From assembly GCF_000315625.1 (NCBI RefSeq), contig NW_005434591.1, positions 307,895 through 371,894 of the forward strand: 64,000 bases of DNA, given 5' to 3'. Below the pieces are notes generated by a model. The model was not told where the DNA came from. It made no database searches and saw only the letters and a list, made by a program, of their open reading frames with translations. This document shows, piece after piece, positions 26,829 to 40,727 of this stretch. The stretch is from Guillardia theta CCMP2712. Taxonomy: Eukaryota; Protista; Cryptophyta. A program made the position numbers and the translations under genes. The first letter of the stretch is position 1; each line of letters opens with the position of its first letter.

Positions 26829-27635
26829 TATCTCAAGCCTAACATACTGGTGAATTCATTCCCACTCAACCAAAACAACAAGAAGATGTCATGACGACAA
26901 GTGCCATGATGAAGGAGGGAAACACAAGAATGATAAGAGACAAGAAAGAACGGCCAGGTCGATGCTACGGAAGAGATTTCGCCATAATGAACTCAGTTTT
27001 GTGAATTCAAACTTCCTCAAGATTCTTGCTTTCTACAGCTCATGCATTCTTGGTCTTTCCCCGTAATCACGCCCTCCTTACACCCCCTTCCTTTCTCCCC
27101 TCTCCTCCGGGTTCGCTTCCTTCTTCGCTAATCTGCCATGAATTTGTTTAGAGAGGTTTTCGCACGGTTTTGAGGTCTTATTTCCAGCCTGTTTTCAACA
27201 TTTTGTCCTTCATAATTTGAAAATTTAAGATCACAAATCCAACTTTTCCACCAAGAGCCTGTCAAATTCTGAAGAGCAATCCAGGTGTAGCACAATTGTA
27301 ACGGTTATTACTGTAACGATCTGAACGTTGTTCCGTAACGAACAAGGGTACCCGCCAGGGTGGGACCACACGCCTCGGGAAGGGGGTCATTCACAGTAGG
27401 ATGTGGGGGTGGGGGTAAGGATCCTCCAAGGGTAGGTGGTGATTTGACATGATCATGAGGGGTGGTGCCTTGAAGTCGTGAATGGGTGGGTAGTATTATT
27501 TTCAAGAATTCACCACGGGTGGTATCAAGATGGGTGTAGTGTCACTATGAAGGATAGGGGTACTCTAGGTAGGTAAGGGTAGTTGTAATTGGGGTGGGAA
27601 AATTTTGAGGGGTGGGTGCTTCAAACCTCGCCGAC

Positions 27636-29090
27636 ATGGCGAACGGTAAGCTATGATGGAGGAGGCGAGGAGGAGAATGGGATGAAGAAGAAAGATCCAG
27701 CAGTGGTAGGAAGCGAATAATCACTGAGGTGGAAACGGATAGAAAGGTTAGGACAGATAGACGACGCTCTGATGTAGACTCATACGTGTCTATATGAGAG
27801 ATTCAAGTTCGTATATGAGAAAATTTTGGGGATTGCACTGGAAAGGATTCGAAGTATGAAGATAAAAAGATAGCTGTGAAACTTACGAATATGTTCTCCT
27901 CATAGAAACACCTTCAGTCTCCATAATTTTGCCAAGTCTCACAACACTCATTGGGATTTGCACAGGTGTCCAAGAATTTTCAGCTCAAGCTGACCCACAG
28001 CGTTCCTGGACGTTGCAGGAGGAGAACGACTGGTTGCGAGCAGTAATATTCTGCATTTTCAATATTGAAGAGCAAAGATCCGCTCATGTTTTCGGTTTTA
28101 TCCCAGGTTCTTCGGCTAGCAGAGGCGCATATCAAGCATGAGAAGGAGGAGCTGAAGTCTCTCAGAGTGAGGACTCTTGAAGAGGGGGTTTCATCTTACG
28201 CGCATGCAAGGTCGTCTTTGATAGGAGCAAGCAAGATGCTGAGCAGCATTACTTGGCATTGGAGGCAAGAGTTCGCGCAGCAGGTGTGTGATGTAGTTCT
28301 ACACGATTTCTCGAGTGTTGTTGGTTTGACTACACGTAATTGTTTTCCCTCTTCATTCGAACACCTTTGACCTTGTCAATTTTGTTTTTCATCTTATCTG
28401 AACATGATTCTCCTACAGAGAAAGATAAGCAGGATTTTGAATTGAGGATCTTCCGGGAAAGAGAACAGGTAACAAGTGACTTGACTAAAACCACCATATC
28501 ACAAAGGATGTGACATCTCGAAATCAGATTAGAAGTTTGGAGGCTTCGCTGAATGATCTCAGGGCAAGGAGCGTCAGGACTCAGGTTGCCTCTACCGACG
28601 AGTGACTTGTTTGAGCTAACTTGTGCGATAGGAACTTGTACAGAAAGCGTACTCGGATGAGCAGGGTTTCCTTGAGAACGTTAGGAAGCTCAAAGCTTCC
28701 TTTGCAGGTCCTTGTTGTGCATTACACTGATCAATATCGCTCACACATTGCCTACAGGCGAAAAAGCGCGTTTGGAACAAGAAGTGTCTAGAGTTCGGGC
28801 TTCTTTGATGCAGGCAGATTTGATTTCTTCTTGTACGACCCCTCATTCATCAAGTGCAGGAGAGGCAGATGAGGGAGGAGGCAGTCCAGCGTGAGAGTGC
28901 GACTCTTGCCAGGTCCAGCTTGCAGAGGTGGAGATTGTTCCTGACACTGCAGTTGCAGATACAGAGCGACAGAGAGTCAGAATCGTATGTCCGCAAGCTA
29001 TCAACCTGCGCTTTCATCCAGCTTCTCGGGACAACCCACTCTCTCCTCGAGCCTCTCTGGACAGGTGAATTTCAAACAGGTTTTGGTTGA
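27636..29090 (+). CDS. Multi-exon coiled-coil hypothetical protein
   Basis: ATG at 27636 followed by a GTAAG donor. Short E/K/R-rich exons (HIKHEKEELKSLR, GEKARLEQEVSRVRASLMQ). Confidence 0.45.
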
Positions 29091-29279
29091 CCTTCTCCCT
29101 AACCTGAGTTTCGCAAGCCTTCTTATTATGCGGCGGGTGCACTTCGATCCGAGCATCTGTACATGTGATCAACACGGCACTGCATGAAAAGTTGAAGTTT
29201 GCCAGTGCTTTTTCAGTTGTGAGCAAATGTCAATTGGGTGGGAGTGAGAACTAAAAGGTTGAACCGAATTTAAAAGCCG

Positions 29280-29650
29280 AAGCCTGTCACGTGTGGCACT
29301 TCGAATTCAGGACTACGTGGCCGGGCCGCGTAGCCCTGTAGTCAAGTTTCGAGGCTTACTCGGAACTTCGGAACTTAGTTCCGGCGTCACTGAGAGTCAC
29401 TGAGTCACCTGCCGCCACGCGGCCCCCCGTCCCGTTGACTGACTGACTCAGTGAGCTCGTGGATGATTGGGCGGGCGGGCGACAACTTGCCACTCCGGGA
29501 GCCTGCCCGGCCGCACCGGATGATCCACCGTATCCGTTGATTCACCCTCCTTATGATGCCAGACCGCGAGTGACCGTCATGCTGAGTCCGATCACCTCCG
29601 AGGCAGCACTGGGGCACCCGGCGCACTTGCCAAGGGCACAGCTTTCAGTA
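29280..29650. repeat. Second palindrome-mosaic island
   Basis: ggaact-t-agttcc, gtcactgagagtcactgagtcac, actgactgactcagtgag, ctacg...cgtag; same motif vocabulary as 15190-15985. Confidence 0.7.
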
Positions 29651-29931
29651 CGGTAAGGGGTAGGGTCATGATAAGGTACCCGGCTCTAGAAGGGGTCAAG
29701 TGGGTCAAGAGACGGGGTCATGGAAGTGACAAGTTACCATGTTGGTAATAACCCGGTGACCCGTGGTAGGGGGTAAAGAAGGGGTGTATATCCCTGGCAT
29801 ATGGGCTCGTGATAGGAGGTAGGGGTCCTTGAGGCAGAGCAAAGACGTGGGTGGGTTGTGCGGGGATGTGGGGATAGGGTTCAAAGGTCGTCGGAGCAGA
29901 GGAAAAATGCTGGGATGAAAGCATGGCGACG

Positions 29932-30022
29932 ATGAGAAGAGGAATGAAGAGAGAAGATGAGTGAGGAAGAGGAATGAAGAGAGAAGATGAGTGAGGAAGA
30001 GGAATGAAGAGAGAAGATGAGA
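29932..30022. repeat. 30-bp purine-rich tandem repeat, 3 copies
   Basis: (gaagaggaatgaagagagaagatgagtgag)x3, approximately. Confidence 0.85.
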
Positions 30023-30225
30023 CTAGAGAAGAGGAATTGATACTAGAAAGAAGAGAAGAGATATGGGAAGATGAATGATGGGAAGAGAGAAATGAAAAGA
30101 AAGAAATTGACGCCACAAACGAAGAAAGAAGAACGAAAAGAGAGAAAGGGAGAAAGAGAGTAGACTTGGGCGATGGCAGAGATCTACAATCAGAAACTTT
30201 GATGAACGAGAATGAATAGAGGAGC

Positions 30226-33200
30226 ATGCAGGAAACTGCGACTTGGGCAGCAGGTACAGATTCTTGCTTGCAATCAGATCATTAAATTTCGACAAGGACA
30301 GACTGTACTTCAGCGTGATATGAGACTTGAAGTATGTTGACCTATTCTTCTGATTGATCTCTTGCGTTTGAAAGGAGGTGGGTGGAAGAAGAAGTTCGAC
30401 CTCTGAGCTCGCTTGCCGTACGCTGCAAGGCCATGACAGTGTCAACAGGCATCACATCTTGTGATTGATTGAACCTGACATTTGGTCTGATCTAGCTTAT
30501 ATGCAATCTCAGTATCCCTTTGTGGGTATTGGTTGTGTAGTCGACAGAGACAACTATGGCAATGCAGTTGTGTCGGAGTTGATACAGGTGAGAGGCAGGA
30601 AGAGGTTTTTTTTGGTTCCTCCTCACTCCAAGTCAGGGCGGCCCTGCGGCGCTGAGTGGGCAGATCAATGCGGGTGACATCATCACAAGCATTGATGGGC
30701 AGGCGGTGGCCTCGATCAGGCCCGACAACCTTCCCAACTGGATGCTGGGAGAGTCTGGAACCATGATCAGTCTTGGTATCAAGAGCTTCAACTCGTCTCA
30801 CTCGCGCATAGTCAAGTTGATCAGACAGCCCATTCAGGAATCCGGAAGGTCCTTCGCCTCTTTCAACCAGAATCTCGTCGGCATCGGGGCTGTCCTTGCA
30901 TCGGACATCTACGGCAACCTGGTCGTCGCTCGGCTTCTCTATGGGGGTGCAGCAGCGTATTGCAAGCCCAACGATCTGTTTGGAGAAGACAAGCTGAAGA
31001 AAAACGACATTGTGGTCGCGATTGATGGAAGAGACGTGCGAGGACTGCAGCCCATCGATGTCCGCCCGATGCTGCTGGGTCCGGTGGGGACGAATGTCAC
31101 GCTCCTGATCAAGAGGGCCAAGTATGAGCAGGCAGTGGAGATTGTGTTGCGAAGGCGCCCGCAGGTGATGCAGACTGAGGTGGTTCCGGTGATAGCGAAC
31201 CAAGAGACTCTGAGGAAATCTGTCGCAAACATCCCGCACTCCCCCCCAAGGAAAGCTCAAGCTGTCGTTCCCAAGGAGCCTCCTCGCAACATTCACCCGT
31301 TCCCACAACAAGCGGTTGGCGCCCCTGTGCCGGATCAGCAGTTTCAGGTCATGCAGGAAGTCCCTCGGATGGAAGCGTTTGAGGATCAGCGAGGCAAGAT
31401 GGTGAAGGTTGGTGTAGGCCTTGTGCTGAGGGAGAGAGCTGATGGGAGCCATACGGTCAAACGTCTCAAGCCAGGACAAGCAGCTGCACATTGCGGTCAG
31501 ATCGAGCCTGGAGATCTCCTGACCCATGTAGATTCCCTGGACATTGCCAAGGGAGCTCCTTCATCGCTGCTTGCAGATCTGATTGCTGGCCCCCAAGGCA
31601 GCGTCGTGAACCTCACGTTCGAGAAGCCCGATGGAAGCAGGATCAGCATCAACCTTCTGAGAGGATCAGCCGATTATATCGCCGAAGTTCTTCGTCGAGA
31701 AGCCTCCAATAATGGGAGCGTGAATCAGTCTCCTCGTCTCGACAGTGGCAGGCAGGGGATGGAAGACATCCTTGCTGGAGCCGTCGGGGTCAGTTTGTCC
31801 CTAGATGAAGATTACGATACTCTCGTCACATCTCCCGAGCGCTTGCAAAGCTTCAACATCGAGTTCAAGTCGGATGTCGCCAACTCACTGACGGTACACC
31901 CACGACGCATCCAGCTTGTCGGCCTGCAGCGCTCGCAAGGGATCATCGTTGACCTCAACATCCTTGTCGACGACGAGGATCAGCGGACGCCGCAGCATCT
32001 CGCGGCTGAATTGGCGGCTCAGGTCGCCGACGCCAAGAGTCCGCTCAGGAACGCTAGCAGCACTGGGCTGGTGCGGCGGGCGGATGTGCATGTTGGACCC
32101 GTCTCTCCTCCCCCTAACGCTGCTGTTGTGTCGTCCCCGATTGTCAGTCAGAGTAACATGAAAGGAGTGGGGCTGGTGCTGCGCGAGAACGAGAACCGGC
32201 AGCAGGTGGTCCGCCGGCTGCTGCCTGATCAGGCAGCAGCCCAGAGCGGAATGATCCGCGCCGGAGACGTTTTGACGCATGTCAACGGCATCCTAGTTCA
32301 AGATGTCCCCGTGTCAAGTCTGATCCTCGGGCCCGAGGGCACGACCGTCTTCCTACGGTTTGTGAGGCCGGAAGAGGACGGCATCACCTACGACGTCGAG
32401 CTCATGCGAGGGACCCCACCCCACATGAACGGGGAAAGTTCGACAATGGAGAGTGTGAATGGCCTGAGGAAAGCTATGGCGCAGAAGGAGGCGAGGACTG
32501 GTGAGGGTACCAGCAAGGTCGGGCCCATGGCGCAGGCGGTCCCGCGAGTGATAGAGAAGCAGAGCAATTTCGAATCCGGAGTGACCAAGGAGGGAGTTCA
32601 GATCACTATCTCCCTCAAGAGCGACCCGCAACGATCTTGCGACGTCACGCTGCCTCAGACTTGGCCCGAGTTCCTGACCATCTCCTCGAAGCTGCTCAAC
32701 ACAGGTGAAGTGACTCGGGTATTCTCCATGGATGGAGTTCCGATCCTCGGGCTCCAGGACATCAACGCTGGAGACAGCCTCCTCATTCACTCGGCAGCGA
32801 AGGGACAGTTCGAGTCATGGTCATACGGGCTGGTGGTGAAGCGAAGGTACCTCCTGCGGGAGAAGTTGGGAGAGGGAGGGTTAGGAGTTGTCTGGTTAGC
32901 GATGGATAGCATAACAGGATTCGATGTCATCCTGAACGAGGAGGGAGATCAGAACGCGCTGGTAGTTCGCGATGCGATACTGATGGAAAAGGGCGTGGGG
33001 GCTGAGAGTGACAGGAGGAGGTTGCGAGAGGAGCGTTTCCTGCGCGAGATCAGCATCGTTGAGAACCTCAGGGATAAGCATGTCTGTGCAGCACTCGACC
33101 ACGGGCTGCAGCAAGGAAGGATGTTTGTCGTGCTCGAATTCCTGCAGGGCCAGTCGCTTTCAGAGGCTCTCGCTGCTAAGGCTGTTCAGGTGACTCGCTA

Positions 33201-34163
33201 CTGCGCCTGTCAATCTGCCCAGCTAATTAGGAGCAGGGAGAGGTGCTGACAGTCCAGCAAGTGCATCGTCTCGCTATTGAGCTGCTCCTGGGCCTGGAAA
33301 TGGCCCACGAGAATGGCCTGCAGCACCTCAACGTCAACCCCGCAAACGTCTTCATCTCCAGCGACGGTCCAGCTCAGGCCGGGCTAGCGCGTCCACCTGA
33401 CAATCACGCGCAGGTGTGAAGCTGCTGGGGCTCGGACTTGCCCTGTGGGAGCCAGAGATGATCCGAGACTCCTCCCTCCGCCTTCCGACAAAGGTGAACT
33501 GTTGAAGAGGCAGGAAGAGAAGGAGAGGGAAGGGGAGGAAGAGAAGAGGAAGGATGACGAACAAGAAGCAGAGGAGGGAGAGGGGGATTAGGAGGGGAAG
33601 CAGGAGAGGAGGAAGGGGGGGGGGGGGTGAGTTTAACGTAGCAGCAGGCGATGCCGCAGTACATGTCGCCCGAGCAGATCTCCGGGCACCTGACGGACCA
33701 GCGGTCGGACATCTTCTCTGTTGGGGTTCTCCTCTTCCAGTGCATATGCGGCAAGCTTCCCTTCAACGGCTCTGGTTTCGTCCAGATCGCCGAGTCCATC
33801 ACCCAACATCAGATCGCAGATATCAAAGTCAGGCCTTCCCTCCCTCCCCCGATCTCCCCTTGAGCCTCTCCTGTCCTCTCCTGTCCTCTCCTCCTCTTTT
33901 CTTTTCATCCCTTCTCTCTTCTCCCCCCTCCTGACTTGGACCTCTGCCTCTCTGACCTCCTGATGAACCAGGAGTTCACAAGCTTTCCTGTCAGCCCCGA
34001 TCTCAACCTCTGTGTGCTCAAGGCCCTCGCCAAGAACCCCGAGCAGAGGTCTACCCCTATGCCCGTCATCGTCTCGCTCAAAGTTACTTGCAGGTACAAG
34101 ACGGTGAGGGAGATGCGAGAGGAGCTAGAGCGGATCGACCTTGAAGCAACCGCGATGATGTAG
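30226..34163 (+). CDS. Multi-PDZ protein with DCX/KHA-like segment and C-terminal protein kinase fold (probable pseudokinase); start uncertain
   Basis: Four PDZ-like units (VGIGCV, VGIGAV, VGVGLV, KGVGLV; ...GDxxTxxD/NG...GPxGT/S). Kinase motifs GEGGLGVV, YMSPEQ, DQRSDIFSVG and ALAKNPEQR. Confidence 0.85.
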
Positions 34164-34346
34164 TACTGACGACATCAACCAGCGATGTTGCGCTTGAAGC
34201 ACTAGCACACATTTTTTGAATTTCTCCCTCAGTATTTCAAAGCTTCTTTTTCACTCCTTTACTTCTCAATCGACCTCAGTGCCCTCTTCCTCTGATCAGG
34301 GTCTCCTCCTCTCCTGCTCGTTTCCTTTATCCCTGTCTCGTCTTGT

Positions 34347-34549
34347 CTCCTCTCCTCTCCTCTCCTCTCCTCTCCTCTCCTCTCCTCTCCTCTCCTCTCC
34401 TCTCCTCTCCTCTCCTCTCCTCTCCTCTCCTCTCCTCTCCTCTCCTCTCCTCTCCTCTCCTCTCCTCTCCTCTCCTCCCCTCCCCTCCCCTCCCCTCCCC
34501 TCCTCCCCTCCTCCTCTCCTCTCCTCTCCTCTCCTCTCCTCTCCTCTCC
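34347..34549. repeat. (CTCTC)n microsatellite
   Basis: Directly visible. Confidence 0.95.
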
Positions 34550-34806
34550 ACTTGCTCTGAACTCGATGCGCTCTTTCAAGCAGCTCGGTTCCAAGTAGCG
34601 GTACAGGTGACTCTCGTAGTTCTTCTGTCTTGCGCTATGAATTGAGATTGAAATAGTTTATCAAGTGCCTCAAAGTAATTCCTATGTAAATGATTGAGGC
34701 GGGCTTTAATTATCTACCCTGAGACCTTTGGGCTAAAATAGTTTACTTGTCAAACGCTTCTTGACGAGGAGGTAGAGGGCGAAAGGAGCGAGTGAGGCAA
34801 GAGGAG

Positions 34807-34982
34807 TGAGGAGAGGAGAGGAGAGGAGAGGAGAGGAGAGGAGAGGAGAGGAGAGGAGAGGAGAGGAGAGGAGAGGAGAGGAGAGGAGAGGAGAGGAGAG
34901 GAGAGGAGAGGAGAGGAGAGGAGAGGAGAGGAGAGGAGAGGAGAGGAGAGGAGAGGAGAGGAGAGGAGAGGAGAGGAGAGGA
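34807..34982. repeat. (GAGAG)n microsatellite
   Basis: Directly visible; reverse complement of the preceding array. Confidence 0.95.
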
Positions 34983-35163
34983 GGAGGAAAAGGACAGATG
35001 GAGTCAGTGAAGGTGTGATAAAGTGAAGAGAGTTTTAGAGACGGATGAATAGGATGTCTTTGCCCAAAACATTGCATGCAGTGAGAGTTTGCGCGAGTTA
35101 GGAGGGGAAGGTGAGTATACGTAGACGGATAGGCATTGGAGGACGAAGCAACTGCAAAGAAAG

Positions 35164-37400
35164 ATGACCATGAGATCGGATGTACTGCTACCAATGCTTG
35201 CTGTAACAATGCACCTGCTCGTCGGAGCACAGTACGTGTCAGGAACAGGGTTGTGCGACCCTTGTCCGAGGGACTCGAATCAAACTTGTGTGTGTCCTCT
35301 CGACCAGCTCCTCCTCGATGGCTTGTGCTGCGACTGCAGCTCCTCCTCAACAGCCATGCTCCAGCCTGCCCTGGAGGTCCAGGGACAAGGCAACAACATC
35401 TCTCTTGTCATCAGCGTTTGGAACGTCTCCAACCATCCGGCAGTCAAGTGCGGAGGAAGTGACGCCTTGTGCGAGCCCTTCAGCGTCTTCTACACGCTTG
35501 ACGGCAGCACACCGCAAGCCAGCAGCTTCATCGCATGCGCGGATGGAGGATGGCAGGGCGATAGATGCATGAGTACCTGGCAAGACGTGACGCTCAGGAT
35601 GTGGGCCAGTGTGACTCTACGAGTGATTGTGATCAAGCAGGTAAGTTGCTATGTGCTCCTGCTCCTGCTCCTCTCTCCCTCCTACTCTCCCTCTTCCGCT
35701 TCCTCTGTGCTGAGCTGATTGAAGGGGCTGAATCCGGACACGTGCATGGCGTATGACTTCACGAGTAGAAGAACCTGCGACTCGCCATGGGAGAAGACGG
35801 TGAAGAAATTAGGAGGTTGAGCGTTCAGTGACTTGACCACAGCAAGACATCGCATTGAGCATCGAGAGTCCGTTGATCGCTGTCAACCAATCGTCCGACG
35901 GGTTTGGTCCCAAGTTGGTGACCATAAGGTGACATGTATCTGTATGCTCGCATGCGCTGACCTAGCTTGTCCCTCCAGCACCAACATCCCTCATGAGGAG
36001 CTGGCGAGATTCAATGTGAGGGAGTTCTTGTTTGAGCTTGTGCTAACATTCTACCCCAAGCTCGCTATCAAGTACAAAATTTGCGACAGACAGATCCTAC
36101 AAGACAACGAGCTCGATTGCCGTACCAGCACGGACGATACTATTTACTCCCTCGACATGGTTCGTGTGGCTGATTGGTTGCTTCTCCCATGATCTCCTCT
36201 CAGGAATTCATTGACGTCATGGTATGGAAGAAGCGCATTCAATGGACTTCGTATACAGTGAGTGCTTTGAGGAGGCGGGCTCGGGTAACGTCTCATGCGA
36301 CTGCAGGAGCCGTTCAGGTTGACATCAACCGCGACAGTCTTGACCTTCATTGCGCATCAGGGCGGCTATGGCAGCTCAAGTGAGAAGCTCGTTCCTGCCA
36401 AGTCTTTATCGCACTGACTTGTCTTGTCTTGTCTTGTCTTGTCTTGTCTTGTCTTGTCTTGTCTTGTCTTGTCTTGTCTTGTCTTGTCTTGTCTTGTTGT
36501 ATCTTGTCTGGCCTGGCCTGGTCTGCTCTTGTCGTGCAGTCTCCTCGCAAGTTGTTATCGTTCGCAACCTCGTCATATCCGACCCTCCTCCTGCTCGTCC
36601 GCTACCCCTTGGCTCCATCATATCCTTAACTTGCCAAGATCCACACACCAAGTTCTTTGAGTTCTCCATGCACACTCGTTCTGTGGCATCTTCCAGCTCA
36701 ATCTCCAACAAGGTGGGAGGATGGTGGGAAGTTTGCGCTCCTCCTCACCTCTCCGTCAAGGCTATGCAGACCGTCGACTGCGTGCCCGGCGCGACCCCTC
36801 GGGTTGAGTTTCCGTTACCCTTCGTCGCGGATATGAACCTCACAGTCAAGGCGACGGATGCCCAGGGGAACGAGGTCTGTTGACTTGTTCTTTCTCACCC
36901 AACAGGTTTGATGGTCTTGATGACAGACGTGCGAGCAAACATTCTTCGAGTTCAAAAGTCCGGCGATCCAAGACAGGAACAACGACTTTTGTCCTCCCTT
37001 CTCGTCGTCAGTCAGATCGGCTCTCGTGTCTGAGTTCCAGGTGGAGTCCAGGAGGCGCGGGTCTTGCCAGGTAGACATTCTTGTGACGACTTTCTTCTCA
37101 GCAAGTGGGCAAGAGCCTTGAGAGCCTGAGAGGAGAAAACGACGTCAGATCCTTCATACAGGTGAATGGCTGCTGGAGGAGACGTCGATAACCTGTTGGA
37201 CAGGTTATGATCCGCAAGCAGATCTTGAATGAGACGCAAGGCTGCGAGCTGCTGCAGTTGAGAGGGTTCAGATGTTGGTAAGCTCGTTGTTAACAACAAA
37301 CACTTGCGAAACATGCGGACAATATGCACAGACATGCCAGCGAAGGGAATGCTTCAAAGTTTATCGCGTTGATTTCAATTTCTATCTTATTCGCGTCTCT
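35164..37400 (+). CDS. Secreted multi-exon protein with a chitobiase-C/Fn3-like motif; 3' end uncertain
   Basis: Hydrophobic leader VLLPMLAVTMHLLVGA, Cys-rich N-terminus, FYTLDGSTP motif and several GT-AG introns. Confidence 0.6.
36417..36496. repeat. (CTTGT)n microsatellite, probably intronic
   Basis: Directly visible. Confidence 0.95.
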
Positions 37401-37415
37401 CGTCTGAGGACAAAA

Positions 37416-39408
<1,993 letters not shown>

Positions 39409-39641
39409 TTCGTTCTGTAGTGACTTGGTTCAGCTATGATAACACTCACACGTACATGCATGGATATGATAATTGGTTTCAACTCGAGGATTACTATTCT
39501 TGTCCCCTGCTTCTCCTCATAACTGTATTTTCCTGTCTCCTTCCATTCCCCACATCTCTTGCACTTTACCTCCTCACTCCATCCTCCTTCTTCATGCGCT
39601 CTCACCGTCCCCTCATTTCATCCTCTTTTCTTTTCACATGA

Positions 39642-40271
<630 letters not shown>

Positions 40272-40727
40272 TGACTTCTTCTCACCCCCTTTTGTTAGCA
40301 AAGTACCCCTTATTTGATTTGATATTTCACCCTACCCTATTCCCCACCCACCCATAGGAGAATACCAATATTTGACCACCCCTTGAATGCACAGCAACCA
40401 CCCCTTGCCATACTACAAGGCTGAAAGCTCCGAAAGGCTCCGACAGATCACAATGGTAGGACGGCGAGTGGGAGGGGGACGAGGAGGGGGAGGAGAGGGC
40501 ACAGGGGCGAGGACAGGAGCGAACGAAGAAGAGAAGACTAGAGGAGCAAGTGACAGATTGCCTGCAGGAGACCAGAGAATGAATCGCTGGCTGATACAAC
40601 TTACATCTCTCTTCGTTCTTTTCGCACGAAATTGTATATGATGCGGTTTTCGCAAGCAAAGCTTCTCAATTCATCGCAGACGCTCAGATTATCTTGCTGT
40701 CTCCTAGCAACCATTCCAGTCACGTGG

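Noticed and set aside
34216-35018. LLSSP and EERRG repeat proteins
   Set aside because: These are translations of pentanucleotide microsatellites.
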